Shown here one piece after another: positions 1 through 12,438 of a stretch of DNA of 64,000 nucleotides. Made by a program: the position numbers and the translations under genes. Source of the DNA: Podospora anserina (Eukaryota); the NCBI GenBank assembly GCA_017654855.1, contig CM030334.1:806001-870000 (forward strand). Reading direction: 5' to 3'. How positions within the stretch are numbered: position 1 is the stretch's first letter; every line of letters starts with the position of its first letter. Under the pieces are notes generated by a model. That model worked only from the letters and a program-made list of their open reading frames with translations. It made no database searches and was not told the origin of the DNA.

Positions 1-1847
1 GGCTCCATTACCTGCGCCGGTGATGTTGAAGACATCTTCGGTTTGGTTCCAGGGATGGTACTGGTATGCTGTAAAGGTGTCGTTTTCGAGGATTACTGGG
101 CCGAGAAGGGCATCGGAAGTGGTGAGGTTGAGGCCGGTTATAGGGGAGAAAAGATGGCCGGGGATGAGCTGTTCAACCATGCTGTTCTCGTGGAGGCTGC
201 TCAGGGCTTTGAAGCGGGCGGGCTCATCAGGGTTGGGTTCGTCGAACGTGTTGGCGTCAAAGTTTTTGATTTCCACTGCGTCGGCACTCGAGACGTTCGA
301 TATTTGGACGACGGACAGGGTTTCGCGTATGTTGTTGGCACTGAAGGCTGTGTGTTGGGGATAGCTGGAAGATGTGTTAACAGACGAAATGAGAGCGATC
401 ATTGCCGGGATACCAACCTGAGCAAAGAGCTCGTAGGCAGCTACAAGGCCACCCCCGTTCTCGCTAACGTCAATGATCAACTTTGTCTTATTCTGCTCTC
501 GAGACTTCGCAAGGAGGTTGGCGATGGTAGCTTGAAAATCCACCAAGTATGCCATAGGATCCATATCAGGCGGGGATAATTCCGAAAGGGCAAGCACAAC
601 TACATCGTCGTATCCCGTCCCATTCAGAAAGTAGCCGGAAGTTATGTTGGAACCATTGTCTCTAACAGCTGGCCAAGGATAGTTGCTAATTGTTGGGGAG
701 AGAGGCGGCAGGGTATTTGTACTGGACACATCGCTTGTGGAGGTATCGGTACTGGTCGAAGTTGGAAATTGTGGCGGCATTTCGGTTGTTGCTGGTGGTT
801 CAACATCTATCGAAGCGTCGGGATCACAGAAACTTGTGTAAAAGCCTTCGCCAGTTCGCACACCAGTGAAGTTTGCTCCCATTCGAACAATGGCACGGAC
901 TCTACCGTGACTTCCTGGCCATTTTCATAGGTCAAGGTTAGATTTTGTCCCTGGTAATCCATCGAGTTTGTAAGCAAAGTGCGATGATGAGGACCGGCGT
1001 AAGAGGGCATTCCGGCATTCCACATAGCATCAAGACTTTGGAAGTCTGAAAAACGAAGCTGCTGTTTCATCACATCTACAGCGTCCTTTTCATTGATTGA
1101 ACAATCGCGGGTGGGAGTTGGCTTCCAGCCAGCGTCCCATTTGAGCTAGTGCCAGATAGCTAAGCTAAGTGGGTGTTAGTCTCATACTTCAAGGCATCCA
1201 TGATGGGCGCGAAATACTCACATAAGTGGTAAAGTTTAGGAGTCGCAGTTCCGTTTACACTGATCGTGACAAGATCCTGCACTAGGATATTCGCAGAAGA
1301 AACCCCTGAAGACATCGGAAACAAACCTGAAGTGGCCGTCATGGGAAGCACCAATGAGTTCATAGATGGCCATGGCAAAGTCGTATTCGCTGGCATATTT
1401 CTCATCCCCAGATACTCTGCTGGCGATCTTGTCTAAACCACCCATGATGTCAACGGCTGCCAGATCGTACGACTCCGGTGGGCTTTTCAACCAAGGTAGA
1501 GTGCTTTGCCATTGCACAAAAGCGCGAAGGCTCTTGATCAACTTCAAAGCTGGTCGGGTTTGTTGGGCACTGTCATCAAACATGAGATGGCAACTGAAGC
1601 CGGCACGGAAGGCGTTGCTACTGTGGGTCAGTGTTTGTTTTCTGATGTATATAATTTTATCTGACAGCTCACCCATTGGGCTTGCTGAGAGCAGCGAATC
1701 TGTGATGGAGGCAATGGCTGCACAGGCCGTGGGAACTCCTGTCTGAGAGCCATCGACATCGGATGTACCTTGAGGAGCAAGTACAGCATTAGCGCTGTAG
1801 AATCTTGCAAAGCAAGAAGCTAATAGTGTCCAGTTTCTGAAGATCAT
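1..1847 (-). pseudogene. Secreted peptidase S41 (CPAF/tail-specific protease-like) gene with several frameshifts; the 3' part runs off the window edge
   Basis: Signal-peptide-like start MIFRNWTLL (ATG 1847). Intron GTGAGC...CTGAC.CCACAG at ~1621-1672. Family-like motifs lie in different frames: VPASVAISCLMTVP, FVQWQSTLPWLKSPP, YASEYDF...HDGHF, TSGYFLNGTGYDDVVVL and KLIIDVSENGGG (the S41 IIDLxxNGGG motif). Frame breaks near 1553, 1295, 893 and 355. Confidence 0.75.
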
Positions 1848-2299
1848 GTTGAGCTGCAACTACAAGCAAACAGAGTGGTATGTTCCCATAGCACCAACAT
1901 GGCTCCTCGACGCACCATTTTCTATATTTCAACCACAGCGGATCGATGAAAACGGCACAAGGGCAATGTCAACAAATGCCTCGGCGCTCCAAGTTGTTCT
2001 CATAAAGAACATGGTGCAGTCCCGAACAATGGGATTCATCGCGATGACGCAGAAGACCTTGACACAAAGGACTTCAACAATGGAGCTCTGCGGATTGAAA
2101 GTTGCCGATGGCCCGACATAGCTCAAGAGCCGGGATAGTTTTCTTCCTCGGTGATGTTTGGCCATTGCCAGTCAACAGTATACTGAGCTTGTGCTAAAAT
2201 GTAGCTGAGGTGCAGCTTCCCAACCAGGAAAGTGTCCCCTGATCCAGGGGACACAAAAGAGAAGACAATGCTCCACCAGAAAAATTTGGTGAAAAGCAA

Positions 2300-2371
2300 A
2301 GGTCGTACCCGGAATCGAACCGGGGTTACCAGAATCAGAATCTGGGGTGCTAACCGCTACACTATACAACC
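2300..2371 (-). tRNA. tRNA-Gln, anticodon CUG, intronless
   Basis: Reverse complement reads GGTTGTATAGTGTAGCGGTTAGCACCCCAGATTCTGATTCTGGTAACCCCGGTTCGATTCCGGGTACGACCT. Acceptor stem GGTTGTA/TACGACC, anticodon arm CCAGA-TTCTGAT-TCTGG, T-loop GTTCGAT, downstream T-tracts (Pol III terminator). Confidence 0.96.
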
Positions 2372-2913
2372 ATAGGATGTCTTGTTGAAGTTGAGGTGCG
2401 AATTAACCATACATAACAGGAACGTACTGGTGTGATTACCACTGTTCAGGGCCCATCAGCGCTGGGGCTGATGCTAGAGTTCGAGGGTGTTTGCCTGTAG
2501 GCTGCATCTAAAAATGAGTTAGATCTAGACCAAGCGTTTGTAATCGTTCTGGAGGGCTCCCAGAGTGGTATTTTGGGCAAATTGCCGAATGGTCAGCAGG
2601 AAAACAACAGCGAAGAGTGAACTGGAATGTCGATGGTTGAAGTTGGCAGTGTTGGATGCTGCAAGGGACCAGCCAGTGAGCGAAAAGAAAGAGCAGGGAT
2701 AAGCTCGCCCGCCAAGCTTTGTGACATGCATGAAGTGGAAACCTATCCGGAAAGGGTAGGCCGGGTAGACCGCAGATGCGCGGGGCAGCGTCGTGACTGC
2801 ACTCGCCGCTGGCGCTGTGTACTGTACCTGAAGAATTCTATGACACCAGCAGCATCTTCAGTTGCTTGACAACAGCACAACACCAAACCAATTTCCCCGT
2901 CATCTCCGACAAA

Positions 2914-4560
2914 ATGTCGAAAGAACAGCTTTTCCAACTGCTGCCGATGCCAGACGATGGCCTGCAACAAGTCCTCGAATATGCCGCCACCCTCTCCAAG
3001 CAAGAAGCTGCTGAACATTTCTCCAACATGCTCGGCGACTCGCCCCAAGTCATCGAGTTCATTTCGACATTCAACGCACGACGAAGCGATCCAAAAGCAC
3101 CACCGCCACCAATAAACGCACCCACGTCCACGCCCACGTACTCTTCCGCATCGACCGCCCAAAACTCAGCACAAAACTCTGAAGCTGACTGCGTCCCAAA
3201 GCCCCGTCGAGGTCCCAAGAAGAAGAAAGCAAATATCCATACCCCGCCCCCTAGACAAGTCGCCTCGTTTGCGCTTGGGCCAGGAACTGTCTACAGCAAG
3301 AAGGACTCGCAAGATGAATACATCTCAGCACGATCAGGCGCTTCGACACCCTCACACGCCACCAGTGGTCCCAGCAAACCACCACCCACCAAGACTGCCA
3401 CACCTCCTGCGACCCAGACCTCGAAGCCTCCTCCCTCCGCGTTAGGATCCCTAGTGTCGGACCTCGGGCAACCCAAATCCAAAAACAAATCCAACCCTAC
3501 CTCACGGACTTCGACACCCGGACCATCGTCATCGAAGAATAACAATGGGAATACGGCCAAGGTCACCATCACAGGAGGCGTGGCGATGCATGGCTCGTCT
3601 ACGGTCCTGAGCGACCTCGACCAAGCCATTCGGTCTCTCGAGATCACCACCAATCCCTCACACTCAACAAATAGCGCCGAAGGTGTGGCGGCACGACGGT
3701 GTAATTGCGTTGGAACAAGACATCCTCCCCTGGCAGCAGCCCCGAACTGCCTTCATTGCGGCAAAGTCATCTGCATCAAGGAAGGGCCCGGACCATGTAC
3801 ATTTTGCGGGCAACCATTGTTGAGCTCGGCTGAGATACAAGGCATGATCAAGGAGCTTAGGGCAGACAGAGGACGTGAGAAGATGGCAGCGGATCGGGAA
3901 GCGCATAAGAAGGCCGAGGTTGCAGGGACCCCACGGCCGTATACCAAAACCAGAGATCCCACCATCGCCGAAGCGCAAGCTCTAGCTCACCGGGACAAGC
4001 TGCTAGCATTCCAAGCTCAAAATGCCCAACGGACGACGATACGGGACGAGGCAGCTGACTTTGATGCCACTGTGGGAGGAAGCATGTGGGCCACCCCAGA
4101 AGAAAGGGCGTTGGCGTTGAAGAAGCAACAAAAGCTCCTTCGAGAAATGGAATGGAACGCTAAGCCTGAATACGAGAAGCGCCAGCAAGTCGTGAGCATT
4201 GATCTCGCAGGGCGTAAAGTATTCAAAAAGATGGCCAAAATTGAGAGACCCCCAACGCCTGTTGATGATGTCGAAGATGACTATGGCTATGAAGCTCCCA
4301 TCTTGCAAGGCACCCACGTGAGCAAGGGGCAAGGCGGCGCTTTCAGCAAGAACCCACTACTGAGTGGAGTAATACGGCCGGTCTACGATTTGAAGGGCAA
4401 GGCGGAGGAGCTTGAAGGTAGGAAAGACAGGGCCATTAAATGGCGAAGAGTCCAAGATGATTTCGAGAACAACGAGGAAGTCATTCTCGGTGGCGGCATT
4501 TACGGTGGGGGTCAAGGCGCCAGAGTGGGAGCAGTTGGCGATGAGCCAGAGTGTGGTTAG
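2914..4560 (+). CDS. RQT4: C2HC5 zinc-finger protein, ASC-1/TRIP4/Rqt4 family (ribosome quality-control trigger subunit)
   Basis: Intronless ORF from MSKEQL. Motif CNCVGTRH...NCLHCGKVIC...CTFC, followed by ALAHRDKLLAFQAQNAQRTTIRDEAADF typical of this family. Confidence 0.88.
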   Translation: MSKEQLFQLLPMPDDGLQQVLEYAATLSKQEAAEHFSNMLGDSPQVIEFISTFNARRSDPKAPPPPINAPTSTPTYSSASTAQNSAQNSEADCVPKPRRGPKKKKANIHTPPPRQVASFALGPGTVYSKKDSQDEYISARSGASTPSHATSGPSKPPPTKTATPPATQTSKPPPSALGSLVSDLGQPKSKNKSNPTSRTSTPGPSSSKNNNGNTAKVTITGGVAMHGSSTVLSDLDQAIRSLEITTNPSHSTNSAEGVAARRCNCVGTRHPPLAAAPNCLHCGKVICIKEGPGPCTFCGQPLLSSAEIQGMIKELRADRGREKMAADREAHKKAEVAGTPRPYTKTRDPTIAEAQALAHRDKLLAFQAQNAQRTTIRDEAADFDATVGGSMWATPEERALALKKQQKLLREMEWNAKPEYEKRQQVVSIDLAGRKVFKKMAKIERPPTPVDDVEDDYGYEAPILQGTHVSKGQGGAFSKNPLLSGVIRPVYDLKGKAEELEGRKDRAIKWRRVQDDFENNEEVILGGGIYGGGQGARVGAVGDEPECG

Positions 4561-4814
4561 CCGTATCAATGACAGGAATATTTGAGTGCTAATCTTTAAT
4601 GATGGCTGCTTAAACGGGTCTTGGGGAAGGATGGGGATCACTGCTTTCACATTGGCTTTGGGGGTATCGATGACGTAGCACACCAATCCTAGGCGTCACC
4701 ACCATCTTCCCAGGGGCAACAAAGTCAACGGCTGCACTGGTAAATAGACCATGTCCGCCCGTGTTGTCTCTGACTTTGGTGTAATGCTATCTTACTATCC
4801 CATGCTTTTGCAAG

Positions 4815-5621
4815 ATGCCTTCAGACAACCTCAATTTCCAATGCGCGCTCATCACAGGGGGTGGTGGTGGCCTTGGTAAAGCGCTGGCCTCCTATTTTAT
4901 ATCCAAGGGCAAGAAAGTCATCCTCGCCGGCAGGACAAAATCCAATCTCGAGTCTACAGCGAAAGAAATCGGAGCGACCGACTACTACGTGCTCGATACG
5001 GGGAAAACATCAGCGTTTCCAGAATTCGTCTCCCTCGTCACGCAGAAGCATCCGGAACTCGACTGTCTTGTGAACAATGCTGGTGTTCAGAAACCTTTGG
5101 AGGTCTCCAAACTGGACCCGAGCGAATTCCTGTACAAGGCAGATGAAGAAATCAATGTCAACATCCGCGGTCCCATGCACCTCACCTTGCAGCTGCTTCC
5201 GCATTTCCGACTCAAGCCGGCAGCCATGATTATCAACGTCAGCAGTGTGCTGGGGTTTGTGCCGTTCAGCATCATCAACCCGGTGTACAACGGGACGAAG
5301 GCATGGCTTCACTTCTGGAGCATGAACCTGAGGACTCAGCTGCGGGACGAGCCGCAGGCCAAGATCAGGGTGGTTGAGATTGCGCCACCAATGGTTGGGA
5401 CGGATTTGCATCGTGACAGGGAGGACCCGGATGATAACAAGAAGGAAAAGAACCCGATTTCATTGACGGTGGAAGAGTTTATGCAGGAGGTGGCAGAGAA
5501 GATGGAGAGAGGGGACGGTATGATTACTGCTGGGCCGATGGGCAGGGAGATTGTGGGTGCTTGGTATGAGAGTGACAAGTTGGGGAAGGGGTATAAGAAG
5601 ATTGAGGAGGGGGGCATGTGA
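4815..5621 (+). CDS. Short-chain dehydrogenase/reductase (DltE-like)
   Basis: 268-aa intronless ORF with ITGGGGGLG (Rossmann), VNNAG, NVSS, the catalytic YNGTK motif and EIAPPMVGTDL. Confidence 0.92.
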   Translation: MPSDNLNFQCALITGGGGGLGKALASYFISKGKKVILAGRTKSNLESTAKEIGATDYYVLDTGKTSAFPEFVSLVTQKHPELDCLVNNAGVQKPLEVSKLDPSEFLYKADEEINVNIRGPMHLTLQLLPHFRLKPAAMIINVSSVLGFVPFSIINPVYNGTKAWLHFWSMNLRTQLRDEPQAKIRVVEIAPPMVGTDLHRDREDPDDNKKEKNPISLTVEEFMQEVAEKMERGDGMITAGPMGREIVGAWYESDKLGKGYKKIEEGGM

Positions 5622-6638
5622 GATTTCGGCTTGTGTACCACTGTGCCTGTAGATCAAGCTGATATCTCTGCCGGCGAATAAAATTAGCGTACATAGACAT
5701 GTGTGATGACAAGGAGAAGGATCTACCAGATCTTGTGCAACCACCAGAGCTGGGCAGTGAGTGGCTGCCCGCTTGGCCCCCATTGTTCCGACAGTCTTCC
5801 AGAAACCAAGCCAACGGTAATGCTGGTCTGTGCGCTCGGCACTAGTGGGCCGGGGAAGATCCACTTGACGAGTTGAAGGCTTGGCAGAATTCAGGGTCCC
5901 GTCGAGGACGTTGTGAGGGAAGTGCGTTGCTTGTGGGACATGGACTGACAATGGGGACAGTGTGCTTGTGAAAGACAAAGTATCAATGATTGCTCAGGGG
6001 GATGTTCAATCCGTACGTACAGCTCCCTTTGCCGGTCTGTCAGTCCTGACAAGGTTTCTCTTTACAGTGTCCTCGAGCTCTGCTTGGCAGATATCTGGCA
6101 GGGAAGTCATTTTTGTCGGCTCGTGGCTCATGGCTCGTGCTCCTTGCAGAGTTAGGTCTCCGGCGCGCCGTGTATCCACCTGCCCACTTCTTTCCAGCGG
6201 CCGACAACAAAACGTTGATTCTGGACGCCAAAGACTGGCGCGGCTTTCCATTTTGCGGACGGGCACTGCTGTTCTCGCTCCAAGCTATCGTTACCCACGA
6301 CTCCTCGATCCTTACCACTCCGAGCCAGCTCTGTGTCGCGCTCCTCTACCCCGCAATCCTCCCATTGGGGACGCGTTTAGCCAGCTCCGAATCGCTGCGA
6401 ATACCGCCCACGGCACAACCCTCGAGTCGAGTTCGCGATTGCCCGTCACCTGCACCGAAATCGAAGACTCCGCGCGCCGAGGTCACACACTCGCTACCGC
6501 CAACGCAATACTCTTGTTTCTTCAATAGCCTTTGTTCAGATATGAATCTTTAACTTGACCGCATTCCTGCATGTACCATCACCGCGTTCCCAGCTGGGCG
6601 CCTTCTTTGTGGTGGAATCAATTGCACACAACCAAAAG

Positions 6639-9600
6639 ATGCCAACAACACACGTTGAGCCGGGGTCGGAAGCCCTGCTCGAGGAGATAGCCAATTCGTT
6701 ATGGAAATCCAAGAAAGTTGTCGTTATCACGGGCGCCGGCATCAGTACAAACTCGGGCATTCCGGTATGCAAAACGGGACGCGTTCCGCCCGACCTACAC
6801 TTCGCTGACAGCCTTTCTAGGATTTCCGCTCAGAGAACGGTCTGTATTCTTTGATCCAAGCACAGTTCGATGCTGCCGAAAAGCAACAAGATCACCCCTC
6901 GAGCGCTAGCGACGCGTCAGATTCTTCATCAGAAGAGCGTCCGACGAAACGACGAAGGGCTTCACACGATCTCTCCCGACCGATCGACGGTACCGAGTTA
7001 CCAGGCCAATGGCCTCATAACACTGCTCAAAACACAATAAAATCAGAAAAAGGTCATGGAGCTGTTTCCGTCAACCCGGAATCGTCAGATCCCACCGATG
7101 ATGACCCGTTAGCACAGCCTGCAACACCGCGAGACACATCGGGACCACAGGAGGATGTCACATTGAGAGACGTGGAAAATTCGGAGCATGCGCCAGGGCC
7201 GCCCACAGTGGAATCGGCAAACGCTTCGTTTGGCGCTGAGAAACCGGTCGAGCCTCCGCTATCTAGAGGCCTGACGCCGTTGCCGAGTCCTAGACTCAAA
7301 GTGCCCGAAGGTCGCCCCGAGATCACGCCTGGCCGCATAATGATGGGACCTGGCCCATCGTTCACGTCATCTCCTCCTAGTATGCCCGTTGATGCGCCGC
7401 GTCTTCGTTCTAGACCAGACATGCTGGCACACACAAGAAGCTCCTCGCCGCTCTCGTCACCGCCTCCCATTTCTTATGACCCTTATCAGGAGTCACCAGA
7501 GGGGTCGTCATGCTCGTCGAGCGGATCATCATCTCGGTCAGAGAGTGAGGAGCCCTCTTCCGTGTCCACGCCACTCCTCACATCGCAAACGTGGTACGCC
7601 TCCTCTGGTCGAACGTCGCTACCACACATGAAAGGCAAAGATCTTTTTGACGCGCAAATCTGGTCTTGCCCACTCAAGACGTCTGTCTTCTACACATTTG
7701 CGACCACGTTGAGAAACAAGGTCCGCACCGCTCAGCCTACGAACAGTCATCGGTTTGTCAGTGTCTTGCGGGATAGCAGAAAACTGGTCCGGTGCTACAC
7801 CCAAAATATTGATCAGCTTGAAGAGCGCGTCGGTCTTTCAACATCGCTCACGTTGGGCGCTGGAAGCCGCTATCGTTTTTCCGCCAGAGCAGGACGCAGC
7901 TCTGCTGTGAGCCGGAGCTTGCCGAAAGGCCCCGAGGTCTCGGATCTATCAGGGGATGGATGCTCTCAGCAGGACTTGGGGCAGCCTCCCGCATCACAGA
8001 CCGAACCTGAATCACAGGAATTGAAAGATGAATCTGGCAATGGAGAGCCTGAGGGCAAGCAGGAATATGATGGGTCTGGGTCAGACTCCTCGCAAGCGGT
8101 TCCTAGCTCATCACAGCCCCCATCTTCACAACCTGTGCCATCAGGACCAAAGCGTGGTGTCGAGTGTGTTTTCCTACACGGTTCCTTGGCAGAACTGCGA
8201 TGCTTTGTGTGTGCGAAAACGGCAACCTGGGAAGACGAAGAACGGCAAGCTGAGACTCTGGCTGGTCGCCAACCCACCTGCCCACATTGTGCAGGAGCAA
8301 CAGCAGCTCGGGAAGAAAAAGGAAAACGTGCCCTTGGCGTTGGCAAACTCCGACCTGACATTGTGCTCTACGGCGAAGAGCATCCCCATGCTCACCTCAT
8401 TAGCCCTTTGGTGCAACATGACTTATCGTTGGGTCCAGACATGCTGCTCATCCTTGGCACCAGCATGCGTGTCCATGGGCTAAAGGTTCTCGTCCGGGAA
8501 TTTGCCAAGGCGGTACACGATCGGGGAGGAAAGGTTGTGTTTGTGAACTTTACAAAGCCACCGGAGAGTGTGTGGGCTGATGTCCTCGATTTTTGGGTGC
8601 AATGGGACTGCGACGCTTGGGTCGAGGATCTCCAACATCGAAAACCCGCCCTGTGGCTTCCTCCCGGTACTGTCCTCCCAGATCAAGTCAAGGTCAAAGG
8701 GGCTAAGGGTCCACGGAAGCAGAGCGGCGGTGAAACAGGCAAGCGAAAGGAGCCAGCCGACACGGCGTCTAAGAAGCGCAAAGAGGTGAATGGACCAAGT
8801 CGCAAGAAGCAGAAGCGCGAGATCGATGAGGTGGCGGACTCGGTCATTGTAGCACTTGATCCGGCAGATGTGCGAGAGCCCTCTCCTCCGCCAGCTTTGG
8901 AGGTGCCAGTCATACCCGTCACACCACCAGTACCATCGCCGCCGGCAGCACCTCCTGTTCGACCTGAGGTGGTTCGCGAAATCCCACGTCTTCGGCCAGA
9001 AGCTCCTCCTCGGCCGAGAGAAATGGCCATGACGACCGATAGGCTTCCTCCGCCAATACCTCTGCCAGGCCCGTCGCCGTTATCCATGTCAATGACCATA
9101 TCGCCGCCTCCTAAGCCAACACGATCAGCTCCACCATTACCTCCCGCAGCCCCAGTTATCCCCGAACTCAAGCCTATTCCACGACGGCCGGCCAACAGGG
9201 TCGTCGCACGCGAGCCCAAACTGAACCCCGATGCAAAACGACCTGCTTCGATACGAGACCACAAGCTGAATGGGGCCTATCTTACCTTTAAGATACTGGG
9301 TGATCTGAAAAGGATTACTGGCGAACCACCAGTTGCGTTCTACACACCTTCCCCTAGTCCGGTTGCTTCGAGGCCAAAGCCAAAACGGGCTCGCAAGTCA
9401 GCGCCTAGTGCTCTTCAGGGCGTTGGCCTAGAATCTGCAGACTCCACTTTGATGATGGAGGATGACGTCGAAGCTAATGACTCGAGGGGTCTAGCTCACG
9501 AAAGTTCAGAGGTTAAGGATGAACGGGTCACCAACCCCATGGATGGAGCGGTTGGCGTCCCCGACATCCCTGTCAGCCAAGTAGTGTCCTCGATATCCGC

Positions 9601-10303
9601 CATGGTCAAGAGCCGGAGGCGGAAGCGAACAGCATGGCGGATGATACGGGGTGTGGAGACGCAGGTCTCACTGGATGACAACGGCGAGGTGGTGCTGCCT
9701 TTGCCGCTTCCTCACACCGCCGCTACATTCAGACCTTTACCTAGCCCTTCGTTCCGGGCTCTCCCCGAACCTAGACCAACACCAGTGGCTTCTCCCGTGA
9801 CATGTCAACCAAGCTCTAACCCTTTTGCAAGCATTGAAAATGGGTTCCAGGACACGGATAGACTTATCGACAAGCTGCGGGAACAGTCACGGCCGAGCAC
9901 GCCTTTGCGCTTCCAGTTTCCGCCGCTGAACATCCCCGCCCCCACCGAGCAATCCCCACCAAAGCTCGAGACTTTGGAGCCCAAGGTGACCTCACCTGGC
10001 CCGCTCACAACCAACAATGTGATGTCGCCCATCTTTGCCAAGCCAAGGAACCCATTCTTCTTTGCAGACCCTCTGGCTGGCGGCCTGGCCTTTCCACCAA
10101 CATGGCATCAGCATCAGTTCCATCACCATCAAGCAACGACTTCGATGGAACGGACCACCTCGCAGCAGAGCGCCACATCCCACCAGAGGAGAGGGTCTTG
10201 GAATCCAGAGGACCAATTGCGGCAAGAGGAGCGGGAGCGGGAAGTCGCGATGATGCTAACAATGATGAGCAATTCACGTGGCATGGGGTACGCGGGAGTA
10301 TAA
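6639..10303 (+). CDS. HST3: NAD-dependent deacetylase, sirtuin of Hst3/Hst4 class; 2 exons (intron 6765-6820)
   Basis: VVVITGAGISTNSGIP|DFRSENGLY joined across a GTATGC...CTGAC...TAG intron. Also YTQNID, LHGSL, CFVC/CPHC zinc pairs, LRPDIVLYGEEHP and GTSMRVHG. Confidence 0.88.
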
Positions 10304-11204
10304 CTGGGGGGTTTTGGAATGTTGCGAGTTTGTCGGGAAAGACAACAGCGCATTATGAGTATCTGACTGAGGCTGCGGCGTGTGTAGCGGGTCGGTGTTT
10401 GTTTTTCTGTTTTATCACATATACCCGTGGTGTTGCTCGTTCATGTTATAGGTTTGAGCATGATCAAGACCGAGTCAGCGAGTCAGCGAGTAACTGGCAT
10501 GATACATAGGGGGCATATACTTGGGGAGTTTAACGTGTTGGCTTTTTGTTATTGGGATGGGTGTACGGTCTTATTGCGGGTTTGGCTTGAGGGTTGGAAA
10601 CGGGATAGTATTAACATGTTAACATCGCCCAATACGTGTTTTACATCTCACGTCTCGTGTGCGTTTGTTGAGTCCCTTAACTAGGTCTGTCTACCTATCG
10701 GGGGGGCATGTATACTTGCGTCCCGAACATGATCAGGGCTCTGTCAAGCATGTCGATATCACCTTCGCCTGATATCAACATGTCACCTACACCTTGATAT
10801 CATTATGGTCGCGGGAAAGCAGGCAACCTGGATAAAGTGAAAGGGTGGAATCGATGTTGATTGTGAAAAACTAATGCAAATGATGCTTTCTCTGTTGTTA
10901 ATAAATGTAAACCAGTAAGCGATGATGGTGTATGAATGCCTCCTTTTGTCTTCCCCCAAATTGCTCTGACTGAAGTAAATGCCAGATGACGCCCAAATTC
11001 CTCGCGCCTTGGGAGCGTCTTGATATCCATGATACTCGTGAAAAGATGTAACAGGAAAAGATGCCATGAATGATGCATATCCCAAAGATGATAGCCCTCC
11101 CGTTTTGCAGATCTCTCAGAACGAGTTGCATGATGTCGGTAACTAAAAAAAGAGTAAGCAAAGCAGAAACATGATGAGATGCGAAGAGCTTTTTGTGTGG
11201 TTTC

Positions 11205-12438
11205 TCACTGCTCCTGAGCACCAGTGATGCTCCCCGCCGCCACCGCCGGTCCGACAGCAGTGGTGTCACCCCCATCTTCACTCGCAGAGAGAGCACCGTT
11301 CAGCTTCCTGATCTTCCCCTTGTTTCTCCTCCTCCTGGCCTTTATCTCGTCAAGGATTCCCAAAGCCTTGATCCTCTCCATCTCTTTCTTTTCCCACTCT
11401 TCCCCCTCTTCCCCCCCCCCTCTCTCTCTTGTTCTTCAGACACTCCCGAAGCTCAAGGTTTTTCTTGTCCATTGCTTTTCTTATCTTAATCGCTGTTGCA
11501 GACAAATCGGGCAAGTCCGTCTGCACCTCCTTCAAAGGCATGGTGCGGACGATTGCCTCCTCCCGGGATGGAGTTCTCGACGAAGTACTCGTTCCTGTGC
11601 CATTCTTTCCACCTCGGACGGAGGCGCGCGATGACCACGTGGGAGGTAAAGAGTTTGGACTTGTCGTGGTCCCAAGATGGGTGGGTACTGTCAATGACCG
11701 AGATTTTCGGGTTGATGAACGCGTGCTATTAAAAAGACGGCAGTCTGATGACAGCTGTTTTCACAGAGTTGGGCAGCGAAAGGAAGGGGCTCAGCTAGTG
11801 GCAAGCCCAGTGGAAGTGCTTCTGCATGAGGATCTGTCGGTTGATCGGGTTCGGACTGACAACACCATACCCGCGGGCTTTGGTGGTCGGAGCAGGACCA
11901 TCCATCACATGACCGTTGCTTTTCTTGCGGCCTTCGTGGACGACTCGCATGACGAAGCGAGGGCGACGCTCGCCGCCGCAGGTGGGGATGGTGGACTTGA
12001 CTAGGAGAATGGGACGACCACCGGGGGAAAGATGGGATCCGTCATCACCAACGGGGCTCCTCTTCTTGGTTACCGCCTTGAAAGGGACCGCGTAGGTGGC
12101 GGTGAGCTGCTCCGTGGTGGTGCTTCCCTCTTTTCCCCAGATGGATGGGCCTTCACGGAGGCCTTCGTTGTCGCTGTGGTTTACAAAGCAGGCGTCGTGT
12201 TTGAGCTCTTCGTACTGTCAACTTCTTTGGCACCGAGACGCATGACCACCACGTGCTCGATTGGGACCACAATTTTGATGCTCTCGTTGTCATCCTTGTC
12301 CTCAGACTCGGGAGATGCCATTGCCGCCTCGTCGTTCTTGGCTGGGCTTGGGGGAGCAAAGGCTCCAGCTGACAGCTCGATGTCTTCGGTTTGAGCCATA
12401 ACTACATCTTGACTGCCTTCGGCGGTGAGAGACGCCAT
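11205..12438 (-). pseudogene. Probable decayed gene for a low-complexity protein
   Basis: One frame from ATG 12438 (MASLTAEGSQD) continues in phase into ORF 11350-11694 through about six in-frame stops (e.g. TAA 12181, TAA ~12070, TAG ~12001). It then shifts frame at the C-run ~11411-11420 into EWEKKEMERIKALGILDEIKARRR. Confidence 0.4.

Noticed and set aside
2172-2369. 65-aa minus-strand ORF
   Set aside because: Overlaps the tRNA-Gln gene; spurious.
5962-6553. 188-aa and 146-aa ORFs upstream of the sirtuin
   Set aside because: Non-ATG starts, no codon bias or motifs; likely promoter or 5' UTR.
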